Source: Eledone cirrhosa (taxonomy: Eukaryota). Taken from it: 64,000 nt of DNA. Positions 37,770 to 52,223 of this stretch are shown here, one piece after another; within the stretch, counting starts at the first letter, position 1; every line of letters begins with the position of its first letter. The notes under the pieces are model-generated. The model searched no databases and was not told the DNA's origin. It saw only the letters and a list, made by a program, of their open reading frames with translations. The DNA lies in assembly GCA_964016885.1 (NCBI GenBank), contig OZ024741.1, forward strand, positions 187,240,001-187,304,000, given 5' to 3'. The translations under genes were made by a program, and so were the position numbers.

Positions 37770-39000
37770 GGGGCTTTTATGACATTTTTCATCAATCCTA
37801 GTTTGATGTGCAGCAGTGGTAGCAAAATTTCCTCACCATCTAAAAATGCATATTTTAAAAATTTTTTTTATCCTGAGTTCTAGTGACTTGGGGCGTGGCC
37901 AATTTTTTTTTGGTGAAATGAAAATCTTTTTCATGACTGTCCCATTCACACAAAAAACAACAGTATTTTGTGGAGCCTGATTTTAGTCCCATCATCAAAT
38001 CAACCACTTTTAAATCACCACTAGTATTTTATTGTAATTTATATAGATCCGAGGTTCCCTCAATTTCGTGAATGTTTTCTTCATATAAACAGCGTGTCCA
38101 GCCGGAATTGATCGCAGCTCATTGCCAATATACTATAAAACTCTAAATTTGGATAGTCTCCACTGTTCTGTATGGTGGTAAATGCATAAAGTCGTCATAT
38201 GGCCTTCAACATCAGTAGATCCTATAGGATTACTCTTCTCTGTAAGAAATGGCCGAGAATCTTTATCACAATTGGCATCATCAGCAAGCAAATTCAATTG
38301 CATTAGCTTTGAGCCCAACAATCTCGCTTTCATTTTTGACAGCTCTACATCTCTGATGAGATCATTTAGTTCGTTTTGTCTTATCATGTGTGATTTTTTG
38401 TTGTTGAATACTTTGAAGCAAAGTCTGGATCATTTGAATTTGAAGCTTCAAACTGTACTTCAAAGCTCCCGTCTTCATCATCATTCAGTTCAGGAATTAT
38501 TTCTGGAGACACAGGTATTGGTAGTTCTTCGCTGGAAATATAAACCACTGTCAATAGTGAGCGTCTGGAACAAGGATATCAGAGGATAATCAACATTTCC
38601 TTTCTCTTCTCCTTTAAGTCCATTCCGAACTGGTTGCACAATACAGGTTTAATAATTTAACTGATTAGTTAGCTCACGCCAAACCATAGGCACTGTAAAT
38701 GGCATAGATTTTCTTTTCCTTTGGAACCTTTGGTGAAGGTTTGTTGTCCAAATATTGGAACACATATGTGGAGCACATATATGGAGCACATCTCTTGTCT
38801 TAGTCACCCACTTTGTCTCCAAAATAAAAACGATAGATCCTTCTTACAATATCTGTCATTGTTCTCTCTTGTGCCGTAAAGGTTATTTTGCCACAAATAT
38901 AACAAAAATTGTCCGGGTTGTTTTAACAAGTACGAAAGGCAATGACTCGGTTTGTAAAAGTAAAACATGACCCGATAAATTACGAATAGCTCTGAAACAC
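37770..39000 (-). mobile_element. Second, highly degenerate Chapaev3-like transposase relic
   Basis: QNELNDLIRDVELSKMKARLLGSKL, GD*DK..AP, MPFTVPMVWRE, and LLPLLHIKLGLMKN-like remnant near 37785-37826. Confidence 0.7.
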
Positions 39001-39942
39001 TGTAAGATTTCATTCATGAAATGTAAGTGATTAGTTGGCAACTCTTATGTGATGCAACATGGACAATGATTGCATCATACAACTGACTTCTAAAATACAT
39101 AGTGACATTACTTGACAAAGACGAGTTTTTGATTACTATTCACATTTATTTAGTTGCATTTGACCCATCACATGTTCAGTGAAAAGACAAATATTAACTC
39201 ATCGAGCAAGAGCAAGCTATTTCCTGTGCCTTACTCCCTCTCTATACATACTCCCCATCTCCGTTTCTCCTTACTCTCCAGCACTCTCTACTTACTCTCA
39301 TCTTCTCTCTCCTTGCTTTCTCTTTTTTTTAACTTATTATTCCCCTCTGTTTTTATACTCTCCCTCTCCTTTTTCTTACACTCATTTCCTCAATACCCCG
39401 CTCTCTCTCATCACTCTACTCCCTCTCCGTCTATCCTCTTTTTTTTTTCTCTTTACTCTCCTAGCTGTTTACAAGGTCAGCTCTTGTTTCTCCGCCCATC
39501 CTTTTGGGTGCTCATACTATGTTAAGGAATTGGGATCTGGTGTTAATTGGTATCTCGGTTATATGAGTCATTTCTCTATTGAAAATACATATAGAAATCT
39601 TAACCTTTTATATGTAGCCTTAGAATTATTGTTGGTCTCTGTCATAAACCTAACGAGCACTTCAATTATGCATATAGAATGTCTAAACATCTTACGACCA
39701 TTATTAACTCAATAGTTATTGGGTTTCTGCTAGTATATCTAAACCACCTCAAACGAGTCTATATTTATCCAAAATGCCGGGAACTATAACGATGCATTAG
39801 CATGGTCAGGGTAAATACACACACACATATAGTATGCTAGGGAAAGGATATACACACACACATATATATATATATAAGCACCACAAACAGGATATTAGAA
39901 AATGGAATATGAATCGAATGTTGATATAACTATAGCTAAACG

Positions 39943-40009
<67 letters not shown>

Positions 40010-40015
40010 TATATA

Positions 40016-40409
40016 CGAGGGTAATCCCAAAAGTAAGGTCTCCAAAGCGATGGGGACGCAGAGAAACTGTTCGTACGGCTGTTGGCAACACTGTTGTGAT
40101 TGGTGATTCCTTCACTTCCAAATAAGCATGCGCGCGCTTCGCTGGGATGCTCAATTTTGGCTTGGCAGCCATTGAGAATGGAGCTCCCGTTGAACGCTAC
40201 CGCCAAGTGCGAATTTCGCGCAGTTATTATATACGAGGGCAATCTCAAAAGTAAGGTTTCCTTCCGAGGAAAACATGCGTAAAGATCGGCGGATCACTCT
40301 GGATGCTCTCTGCATTTTGGTTCCTGGGTTTTCCCGAAGCACCATCCACAGGATTTTAACGGAAAAGTTGCAATATCGGAAGGAGACCTTACTTTTGAGA
40401 TTGCCCTCG
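40016..40409 (+). mobile_element. Mariner-derived deletion elements (5' TIR at 40016; inner 176-bp element 40234-40409 with TA TSD)
   Basis: TIR CGAGGGYAATCYCAAAAGTAAGGTYTCC and its reverse complement; remnants CEFRAVI and KDRRITLDAL...STIHRILTEKLQYRK (mariner HTH). Confidence 0.8.
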
Positions 40410-40414
40410 TATAC

Positions 40415-40445
<31 letters not shown>

Positions 40446-40490
40446 TGTATGTATGTATGTATGTATGTATGTATGTATGTATGTATGTAT

Positions 40491-40797
40491 GTTGCCAGTT
40501 TAGTCGCCAACGACCCGACCATGAGTGGGACTGGCTTTGTGCAGTGCCTTTGCTCACTATAAAAGCTTCACGGCACAGGCATTGCTTTATATCTGGAGAT
40601 CTCTCTGCACTTGTCGTCACATCGTACCATGGGCCCAGCACTATGTGTCAATAATTGTCACAAGTGTAGTGTTTGTACCAGAGTTTTCAAGTCGCTGGCT
40701 GGACTAAAAAGTCACACTCGTTCAGCGTATCGGTAGGGGTTCTCCTACATGGATATAAAGTAGTGGCCGTACTCGAAAACGAGTTAGCAGCCACCAT
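40491..40797 (+). mobile_element. Bipartite RTE-derived element, truncated, with inverted 5' piece, in (TATG)n
   Basis: 40523-40797 matches the 3' half of the 46.5-47.8-kb elements; 40491-40525 matches their 5' region in the opposite orientation. Confidence 0.75.
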
Positions 40798-41042
40798 GTA
40801 TGTATGTATGCATGTATATATCAAATGCAAAGCTAAACTTACTGATATGGCCAGTCTAATTTGCAAAATGTGTATCTGCCTACGACGTAATTAATTAAAT
40901 ATTATTCATCCAAAACTCTATGATAACAAAAATACAGAACGGTCGGAGATTCACCGGTTCTTCCGATAACTTCGTTTCAATATCATATATATATAGAACA
41001 GTGTATAAAGATTTCTACAACGTATTCGTACATTAGTAAAAT

Positions 41043-41231
41043 AATTGTTTCTACTTTAGGCACAAGGCCAGCAATTACCCAGTGCATTACTGGTACTTTA
41101 TTTTATCGACCCCGTAAGGATGAAAGGCAAAGTCAACATCGGCGGGATTTGAACTCAGATCGTAAAGGGACGTAACTATGCTGGAAAGCATGGCGTCCGA
41201 CCCTCTACCGATACTGCCAATCCACCGCCCT
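41043..41231 (-). mobile_element. Full-length tRNA-derived SINE with candidate TSD
   Basis: Complete head to tail; TACATTAGTAAAATAAT occurs on both sides (~41029-41045 and ~41236-41252). Confidence 0.9.
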
Positions 41232-42460
41232 CATTTACATTAGTAAAATAATATTATAGATTTTGTCATATATTTCGTTACATGGTTATGTTTTAAGTGT
41301 TGCCCATGTATATTTTAAATTCAATACATTTTCAATAATACTTTTTACGTAGTCACAATGGAAAAACGAACAAAAGTGAATCAATATCTTGTTATAAATA
41401 ATTTTATGTAACACTTTGCCGAACACGCTCATTTATTTGACGTAAAAATAAAAACAATTCACAGACAGATGTATATACATACAGATGTCTATACACAGAT
41501 GTATATACATGCATACACATATATACATAATTTCTGTTGGGATGGATCTGGTTACAGTTGTCGGCCTCAGAAAAATAAAAGGTAAAGTCAATCTCGGTGA
41601 GATTTGAATACAGAACTATAAGATATGTAAATAACTACTTGAAGTTAATTTAACCCATGCTTTATTTATTCTGTCACTCAACTGCCCTTCTTTGGCAAAT
41701 AGTAATGGAATCCGAATTAACACGAGGACAGCAGTTTGGGAGAGGACGTTCGATTATATCGGTTCCAGTACTTGACTGTTACTTTATTTTATACATTCCA
41801 GAAGGATGGAAGGCTAAGTTAACCTTCCAGGAAATATAGATTATTCCATAAGTTCCATGGCCCGTTAGTGTACCAGAAACTGCAGCCAAATCTCTCAAGA
41901 CAATACCTTGCTTTCCTCGAAAAGAAGAACACATTGGGTAATGTTATCCTAGAAAACAGACATAATCACGGCTTGAATTACATTGAAAATAGATCGCCTC
42001 GACGAGAGCGTCCTTGGGTCTAAGCAACAACATTTGCAATACGTTCAGCAGGGTTAGACTTACGTATGGTAATTCGAGTCAATACCGCAAACCTATGTCG
42101 CTCGCAAAATTAGTCACTTCTAGCCACAAATGAAGCTTGAGGTTAATGTCATCCGTTAGGGTAAACATGCCACGATTATTGAGCTTTCATAATATTCACC
42201 TGAGGTCAGTATTTGTTACTCCACCCTTAGTATGTGTCACACTCATTAATTGTAAAACGTGATACGGAATAATGTTTATTGCTTCACAAATGGTATTATT
42301 TCTTTTAAGTTGATTTGATTTCTAAGAGAAATAATCTTATATATTTCCTCTGTTATAAGGTGTGGTTAATATATATATATATATGTGTGTGTGTGTGTAT
42401 ATATATATATAGATAGATAGATAGATAGATAGATATACATATGTATGTATATATATATAC

Positions 42461-42576
<116 letters not shown>

Positions 42577-42783
42577 TATTCAAAATAAATATTAATAAAT
42601 GGATACATTCACATAATCAAAATATGTTTTATATAATAAAACATATTTTGATTATGTGAATGTATCCATGTATTAATATTTTTAATAATATTAATAACTC
42701 CAGAAAACTTCTTTGTTGAATGCTTTTAATCTATTGTAAAACTATATTCATTGAATAATCAATGAACCTTGTTTAACATTTGG

Positions 42784-42844
<61 letters not shown>

Positions 42845-43220
42845 TTTTGCAAACAAAACACTATACACACACGCAAACGCATGCGTAAAGAAGACAAAAT
42901 AAAATAAACAAACAAGCAAATAAATAAATAAATATATAGACAGACTGAATAAAAATGGCGTAGACATACAATACAACAGGAGGAAAATATAGCACCACTG
43001 ACGATGTTGCAGATGTGCAACGAAAGATTTATGATAAACTATATATATTGTATCTGTATTATTTTTGACCGCCGGTCAGTCAATGGCAACATTGAGGACC
43101 GAGTAAGTTAGATTACCGATATAAAAGACACAGAAGCGAGAAGCGAAAACCAACCAAACAGTGAGTGTGTTCTGTTATTAATTCTTGCAATATTACACAA
43201 ATATGACCCTCCCCAAGTAT

Positions 43221-43299
<79 letters not shown>

Positions 43300-44146
43300 A
43301 ACAATTGTATTTTTGTTTACTCCATCTTGTCTTTCTCAAGATGTAAACAAAATAAGACTAGAAAGAAGAGACACAGAGGTGACCAGTTAGACATTGAGAA
43401 GGCCACAGGATGTTTGACGAAAGAACTTTGACGAACAACTAATAACTAATAAAGCTGAAGTTAAATCAAATAGTGTATGTGTATTTTTACATAGGCATAT
43501 AGAGCTGTATGCAGTCTTGTGTGCGTGTGTGCAGAAATAGTGGTGGAGCGTCGATATCTATCAGCGGTGCTGTTTTGTGGGCTCAGATGAGGTATATCAT
43601 GTGAGAGGTCTTATATAGATTTGTATAACTAGAGAACAGCTTTTCTTTCAAATACATCATACTAAAAACATGACTGTGCTCCAGTTTGTTTATTTTTATT
43701 AAGGATTTTTGTATTTTCCGTTTGGAGTAGAAACATCTTCAATCAGTTGTTTCTCTGCTTGCAAGTTCAATATGGAAACTCTCTTTAGGTTTGATCAGAT
43801 ACTAGCATGTAAGCAAAGGATAGAATTGCTATGGTTTTGAATGAGCCAAATCTTTTTAAACAATTTCAGACACTGCTGTGGGAATGGACCTTGTATATAA
43901 GAAATCTAATGACACAGTTCTTTTCGACAAGTTGTCTTCAGTGAAGCCTATTCCCTTGCTAATTTGATTACCCAAGAACGGCCAAATATAGATATAGCAA
44001 AGATTCGGTCATTATACATTTTACTCAACCGGTGGAAGAAAGGGAAAATTTATCGACAATTCAGGCAACTGTCTTCTATTATATCGTCAGGTTGATCCAT
44101 AACTTGTCAGTAGAATTTGGTAAGCAGAAACTGAATATGTGAATGC

Positions 44147-44460
44147 GCCTGGCTTTGTGGTTAGGGTATTCGGCTTACAGTCATAAGGTTGTGAGTTCGA
44201 TTACCGGCGGCGATTTGTGTCCTTGAGCAAGACACTTTATTTCATGTTGTTCCAGTCCTCTTAGCTGGCAAAAATGAATTGAACCAATAGTCCGAATGGC
44301 CAGACTTGTCACATTCTGAGTCACACTGAATCTCCCTGAGAACTACGTTAATTGTACGCGTGTCTGTGGTATGCTCAGCCACGTGCACATTAATTTCACA
44401 ATCAGGCTGTTCCATTGATCCGATCAACTGGAACACACATCGTCGTAACCGACGGAGTTC
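44147..44460 (+). mobile_element. Second tRNA-derived SINE family
   Basis: A box TGGCTTTGTGG, B box GAGTTCGATTAC, central TGTGTCCTTGAGCAAGACACTT. Confidence 0.75.
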
Positions 44461-44759
44461 CTAGGAAAATACCTATATGCGTGTATAAATAATACATGCA
44501 TATATTTATTTTAAAAAAATCTAATTGAGTTCTTCACACGCAGGGTTAAAATTATTGAAAAAATTAATTGACCCGCGTGCATATTATTTTATTTTCTTGT
44601 GTTTCGCGATGACCTCCCCTTTCCGCTTGATGACAGTGTGAAATTTCTCATTCTGATGAGTACATGTACGTCAATACTCATCGTTTTCCATTTATCTGAG
44701 GGTTCTAAACCCCATTATCAGGCTAAAATTCCTTTAGTCAAAAATACGGTGAAAGCTAT

Positions 44760-45358
<599 letters not shown>

Positions 45359-45359
45359 C

Positions 45360-45702
45360 ATATTAATAAATGGAAACTATATTTATAAAACCATAATTGT
45401 TTATTATATATATTTCAAGGACAACCAAGGCAGACTATCCAGAGAACCTCCAACCGTCAAGGTTGTTTTTCTACGGGTATGTCAACATTTATGAAAAAAA
45501 TGTTGTATTTTATCTGATGAAAGTGCACCAAAACTGCCTTGGTTGCCCTTGAAATATATATAATAAAATAATTATGGTTTTATAAATATAGTTTCCATTT
45601 ATTAAAATATTGAATATTTACTCCAGTAAGTTGTTGAGTGCTTTATATCAGTTATAAAACTTTTAAGCTTGTTGAATCCCAACATATTAAATATAACTCC
45701 TG
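45360..45702 (+). mobile_element. Penelope-like pLTR element with inverted 5' arm and hammerhead (45508-45568)
   Basis: 45360-45432 inverted at 45535-45612; TTTTAT-CTGATGA-AAGTGCACCAA..TTGGTTGCCCTT-GAAA-TATATA-TA^ATAAAA. Confidence 0.8.
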
Positions 45703-45720
45703 CATATATATATATTTATA

Positions 45721-45785
<65 letters not shown>

Positions 45786-45922
45786 ATATATACAATTTTT
45801 ATTAGGTGTGGTTTCAGTGTATCTACATATATATATACATATACATATGTATGTACTGTGAATGTGTATGTATGTATGTATGTATATAAAAATTTTTTTA
45901 TTAGGAGAGGTTTCAGTGTATG

Positions 45923-46025
<103 letters not shown>

Positions 46026-46512
46026 TATATACATGTCTGTACTGTGAATGTGTATGTATGTGTATATGTATTTGTATATTAGTGAGTGTTTATGTGTGTA
46101 TAGGATCTTACTCAAAATAGTTGCAGACATACAAAGATATTTGTTATATATTTATTTATTAATTTCGTAATTGACAACACAAATATATGGCGAACGTCTG
46201 GACACCTAATGTCACAGGCAAAAACAAACACACACACACATACTCACGTATATATGTATATATGTGTATGCGTATATGTGGTTGGGTGTGTCGTGATACA
46301 ACAGGAAAGGTTATAGAAAAAAATGACTATTGTCTTCTTTATTTTATAATTTATTCTTTTTCAAGCTTCTTGCTGTTGAAATTTGATAAAAGAAAACGAA
46401 ATATAATATTAAAATACAATACTATACTATACATACATATATACATACACACATACAAACATATATACATACACACATACACACTCACATACATACATAC
46501 GTACACACACAC

Positions 46513-47120
46513 ATGGTGGCTGCCAACTCGTTTTCGAGTACGGCCACTACTTTATATCCATGTAGGAGAACTCCTACCGATGCGCTGAACGAATGTGACT
46601 TTAGTCGAGCCAGCGACTTGAAAACTCTGGTACAAACACTACACCTGTGACAATTATTGACACATAGTGCTAGGCCCATGGTACCATGTGACGACAAGTG
46701 CAGAGAGATCTCTAGATATAAAGCAATGCCTGTGCCGTGAAGCTTTTATAGTGAGCAAAGGCACTGCACAAAGCCAGTCCCCCTCTCTTAACCAAGATGA
46801 TATTTACCAAAAAGAAGAACAAGTCAACATCATTGGATACCATCAGAGTTGCAGGTGTTATACCAGAGTTTTCCTTCTCCTAGAATTCTGCCTTGACAAA
46901 GGCTAAGGGGTCATCTCTCCCAGTGATTTTGGATAGCCATTGACTCTTAAGAGCTCCTTTGCCCTTTGACAGGTTTTGTTTTTAGTCCTGCAGGATGTCC
47001 AAAGTCACCCTCCTCACCAAGAAACTTTGGTGGGGTTGCCAGTTTAGTCGCCAACGACCCGACCATGAGACAGGTTGTAATGGGATACATGTTACCAGTA
47101 GCACGAACTGGTGACCTGAC
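46513..47120 (-). mobile_element. Bipartite non-autonomous RTE-derived retroelement (~610 bp), copy 1
   Basis: 5' part has RTE-like CTAGGAGAAGGAAAACTCTG motif; 3' part encodes C2H2-like CSVCTRVFKSLA.LKSH; (CATA)n at both ends. Confidence 0.75.
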
Positions 47121-47204
47121 ATACATACATACATACATACATACATACATACATACATACATACATACATACATACATACATACATACATACATACATAC
47201 ATAC

Positions 47205-47814
47205 ATGGTGGCTGCCAACTCGTTTTCGAGTACGGCCACTACTTTATATCCATGTAGGAGAACCCCTACTGATGCGCTAAATGAGTGTGACTTTTTAGTC
47301 CAGCCAGCGACTTGAAAACTCTGGTACAAACACTACACTTGTGACAATTATTGACACATAGTGCTAGGCCCATGGTACCATATGACGACAAGTACAGAGA
47401 GATCTCCAGATATAAAGCAATGCCTGTGCCGTGAAGCTTTTATAGTGAGCAAAGGCACTGCACAAAGCCAGTCCCACTCTCTTAACCAAGATGATATTCA
47501 CCAAAAAGAAGAACAAGTCAACATCATTGGATACCATCAGGGTTGCAGGTGTTATATCAGAGTTTTCTTTCTCCTAGAAACCTGCCTTGACAAAGGCTAA
47601 GAGGTCATCTCTCCCGGTGATTTTGGATGGCCATTGACGCTTAAGAGCTCCTTTACCCTTTGACAGGTTTTGTTTTTAGTCCTGCAGGATGTCCAAAGTC
47701 ACCTTCCTCACCAAGAAACCTTGGTGGGGTTGCCAGTTTAGTCGCCAACGACCCGTCGATGAGACAGGTTGTACTGGAATACATGATACGAGTAGCACCA
47801 ACTGGTGACCTGAC
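47205..47814 (-). mobile_element. Bipartite non-autonomous RTE-derived retroelement, copy 2 (tandem with copy 1)
   Basis: Colinear, highly similar to 46513-47120, same termini (GTCAGGTC.. / ..GCAGCCACCAT), separated by (CATA)n. Confidence 0.8.
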
Positions 47815-48122
47815 ATAATACATACATACACACATACATACACACACACATACATACATACAAAGCTACAACATTGTGGAAGACATCCATGTACTTAATA
47901 TGAAAGAGTAATGTTCCAGTAAAAACCCCAATAAAATGCAGGTATAACAGACCAGATATTATGATATGGGACAGGGAGAAGAAAACAGTTTAGTCGCCAA
48001 CGACCCAACCATGAGACGGGTTGTACCGGGATACATGTTACCAGTAGCACCAACTGGTGATCTGACATATATACATGCATACATACACACATACATGCAT
48101 ACGTACATACACACATATATAT

Positions 48123-48410
48123 ATCTAAAGTCTAAAGTCTGTCTTAAGCCAGAAGGCTCATTTGGCAGGTGCTTATCCCGGTTTCATGACGTCAAGCGAC
48201 TGAGAGTACAAGACTCCCCCCTGGGCTGGACGTCAGTCATCGCAGGTTTAAACTCCCAGTTATTTCTGGTACTCAATTTCAGGTGAGTATACTGGAGCAG
48301 AGTGAGATGAAGTGTTTTGCTCAAAAACACAACGTGCAGCCCAGGAATCGAACCCACGACATCATGATCGTATGTCCAACTGTCTTACCACTAGGCCACG
48401 TGCCTCCACC
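48123..48410 (-). mobile_element. tRNA-derived SINE with (TTTAGAC) tail
   Basis: A box TGGCCTAGTGG, B box GGTTCGATTCC, TGTGTTTTTGAGCAAAACACTT core, tail CAGACTTTAGACTTTAGA. Confidence 0.75.
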
Positions 48411-48439
48411 ATACATATATACATACTTACATATATACA

Positions 48440-48883
48440 TGATGGCTGCAGACTCTGCTAAGAGTATTGCTATCGCTTGTAACAGATCCTTAACAAACAA
48501 TACCTGTGCTTTGAAGGTTTTTTTAAGTGGGGAAAGCCCTTGCACTCAACTAATCCCACCCGAAAAGGAGAACTTGTCAACATCATTGGATGCTTCCGAA
48601 ACCGCAGGTATTTTTTTTCAGAGATTCCCACTCTTAGAAAGGTGTTGTGACAACAACTGCGGGCCTTTCACTCTCAGGTAAAACAAAAAAAAATTACTAT
48701 TCGGATGCCCGTTGACTCTGCCGAGTTCCTCCGCCCTTTGCCGGGTCTTGTATTTCATCCTGCAGGGTGTCCAAATATCACCCTCCCTTCCAAGCAAGCT
48801 TGGTGGGTTTGCCGGTTTAGTCGCTGAGGACCCGATCATGAGACAGGTTACATGTTACCAGTAGGACTCGAGAGCGACCTGAC
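48440..48883 (-). mobile_element. Sister family of bipartite RTE-derived element
   Basis: Homologous 5' end GTCAGGTCGC...CGACTAAACCGGCAAACCCACC and 3' end GCAGCCATCAT; flanked by (CATA)n. Confidence 0.7.
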
Positions 48884-49061
48884 ATATATACATACATACA
48901 CATACATACATACATACATACATACATACATACATACACACACATACATACATACATACATACATACACACACACATACACACATACATACACACACACA
49001 CGCACATAGATACATACACACACACACACATACACACACACACATACATACATACATACAT

Positions 49062-49094
<33 letters not shown>

Positions 49095-49640
49095 TACATA
49101 CATACATACATACATACATACACACACATACATACATATATACACACATACATACATACACATACATACATACATACATACATACACACACACATACATA
49201 CATACATACATACATACATACATACATACATACACACACATACATACATATATACACACATACATACACATACATACATACATACATACATACATTCATA
49301 CACACACACACACATACATACATACACACACACACATACATACATACATACATACATACATACATACATACATACACACACACACATACATACATACATA
49401 CATACATACATACATACATACACACACATACATACATATATACACACATACATACATACACACACATACATACATACATACATACATACATACACACATT
49501 CATACACACACACACATACATACATACATACATACACACACACACATACACACACACACATACATACATACATACATACATACATACATACACACACACA
49601 CATACATACATACACACACATACACACACACACACATACA

Positions 49641-49670
<30 letters not shown>
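48884..49670. repeat. ~790-bp compound (CATA)n/(CA)n tract
   Basis: Direct reading. Confidence 0.95.
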
Positions 49671-49671
<1 letters not shown>

Positions 49672-50041
49672 GCGTCATTAGAGTCACACTGCTTTTCTAT
49701 ATTGACGATAAGACAACGGAGACACACGCCTATACAATGACAGACACCTTCATACACATAAACACCTTATTAATACAGTTTATGTGTTTTTACCAGCCGA
49801 ATATTGAAAGTGATTTCAATAGCCATAAACCTGAACACATACACAGAAGCACACACAGACATATCCACATAAACGTCGGCATAAACACACATATACACAT
49901 ATGTGTATATATGACTGCATGTATATAAGTGTCTGCAAGTGTAAAGACATATACATATATAATTATGTGTATACGAGGATGTATGTGCATATATAGAGAT
50001 ATAGGTGTGTAAATAGGAAGATAGATAAAGAGAGAGCTATG

Positions 50042-50079
<38 letters not shown>

Positions 50080-52065
50080 TGTTTCTTTTATTTGCCACTA
50101 GGGCATCAAAAGTGGGACAAGTACAAAGGGGGGAGTTTACACAAAAAGGCGTCCTCAATAAGGAGGAGGCAATAACAAAATATAAAAATAAAATAAGATA
50201 TAACAAAAAATAAAATTTTTAACAAAATCCTCAATAGAGAGGAGGCGCCTTGGGGGGTCGCACACACCCCCGAAAAAAGTGTGCAACCCTTCTCCTCAGG
50301 AGCACAGAGAAGGGGTGCTCCCTTGGTCTTTCATCTTCCTCACCTATAGTCTGATGTAGAGTGAAGGCCCATTCACACGGGCCATTCTCGCCACTTTCAC
50401 CCATCTTTCATAGAAACGGCTGGGGTGCAGCACCTCTCTCTCCATCCTGATCCTTCTTCCGAAATGATATCGGAAGAAACGGACCAGTTGTTGGCCAGAG
50501 AGAAAGGTGCCTGACCTCAGTCCTTTCAGACGCGTCCACCATACAACCTCTTTCGCCATGGCTATTACGCACAGAAACACCGCCTCTGCTTCATCTTTGA
50601 AGGGGGGAGGCGGCTTGATCATTACAATAGACTCGGTGGTCAACCGGATCGGTCCCACCCTTGACAGCAGTTGTTCGACATAGCCCCACAGATCGGCTAC
50701 GCCCGAGCAGTGTACCAATGCGTGTGCAACGGTTTCCTCGTCGCACACGCATCTGGGACAGATCTTTTTGGCGGGGTCCCTACCCGGGCGCCCGTGTCTG
50801 TAGAGCCTTTCTCGAACGGGTAAAGCCCCTCGGTAGCACTGCCAGGCCAGGGACTTCTGGAAATTGTCCATAGGTCCTGGGCTGAATGTCCTACCGAACA
50901 GGCTGGCCAGTTCGTCCTCCTCCATGTCTAGGGCTTCTCCGAGGGCGTCGTCGCACCTGCTGCGTACCAGCCCTCTATAGAATGTTGCGGTGGAGTCTCC
51001 ACTGATAACCGGATCCGCCTGCCAGAGGGCGGTGAGCGCCTGGGCACACTCAGTGTGCCAGGCGCCCAGTTTTCTCGGTCTTTGCTTGACCCAGGATTGC
51101 AGCTCGGTGAGTGAGACGAGTCTGGGAAAGGTTCGTCTCACAAACGAGGCCCACACCGGTTGTCCGGTGAGGAATACGTAGAGGTGCCGTAGCCTTAATG
51201 CGTGTTTACGCATCATTAGCCACGGCATCCCCAGCCCTCCTTTCGAAGGGTGTTGACAGCAGATGGATCTCCTCACCATAGGAGCCCGCCTCTTCCAAAG
51301 GAATTGGAAGAGCGCGCGCTCCATCTTGGTGAGGGTTTCCCTTGGGCAGGGCACTACGGTCAGGCGGTAGTAGATGACGGACGCTATGTAGGTGTTCGCC
51401 ACTTCCGCCCGACCTTTCAGGGATAGTTTGCAACTGGCCCACTTCTGGGTCAGTGCAAACACCCTGTTCGTAACCTCCGCCCAGTTTTTCTCCACCTGGA
51501 GGTCCGGTCCGAACCAGACCCCGAGCAACTTCACCGGGCCCTCCGTCCAGCGTCCGACGACGCTATCGGAGGGCATCGGTCTGCCCCTCCACGTGCCGAG
51601 TTGCAAACCGATCGACTTGTCCCGGTTCAGCTTAGCCCCTGTGAACCTTTCGTACTCCTCCAGTAAGGTGCCGACCGCCTCGATTTCGGAGGCCGTCGAC
51701 ACCATTACTGTCACGTCATCGGCGTAGGCCGACACCGCTTTCCGCAATCCCGGTTCCAAGGGGATGCCCTGCAACAACTCCAACTTCCGCAGTAGTGGCT
51801 CGAGAGTCAACACATACAGAAGGGAGGAGAGAGGGCACCCTTGTCGGATGGACCGCGCGATTTTGAACGGCTCCGAGAGGTAGCCGTTCACCTTGACCCT
51901 AGAGCAGATGCGGCTGCTGTGCATAGCAGTGATCCAGCCCCTGAAAACGGGTCCGAAGCCTGCTGCCGCTAGCACCGCATCCAGGTAACCATGGTCGACC
52001 CTATCGAACGCCTTAGATTGATCCAAGTTGATCAGAGCCCCACCAAAGCCGGGTTCGTTCCCAAC
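50080..52065 (-). mobile_element. Tx1/L1-type LINE copy A, 5'-truncated, between (GATA)n tracts
   Basis: Open frame from VGNEPGFGGALINLDQSKAFD through RQGCPLS, AYADD, CPRCVCDEETVAHALVHC to stop at 50344; AATAAA then (ATCT)n. Confidence 0.92.
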
Positions 52066-52104
<39 letters not shown>

Positions 52105-52223
52105 TATTTCTTTATTTGCCACTAGGGCACAAGAGAAAGGGACAAATACACAGGGGGGAGTTTACATAAATGCGAGTAAAGAAAAAGGCATAACAATAAG
52201 AATAATATAATAATAAAAAGTCC

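Noticed and set aside
42994-43040. CTGACGA-TGTTGCA-GATG-TGCAAC-GAAA hammerhead core
   Set aside because: Stem I/III partners not found downstream; truncated remnant at best
43060-43640. Possible solo LTR (TG...CA-like ends)
   Set aside because: No TSD, PBS/PPT or second copy to support it
52066-52122. N-terminus [13 protein letters not shown] of the 592-aa ORF
   Set aside because: GTG start inside copy B 3' UTR plus (ATCT)n; not a genuine protein start
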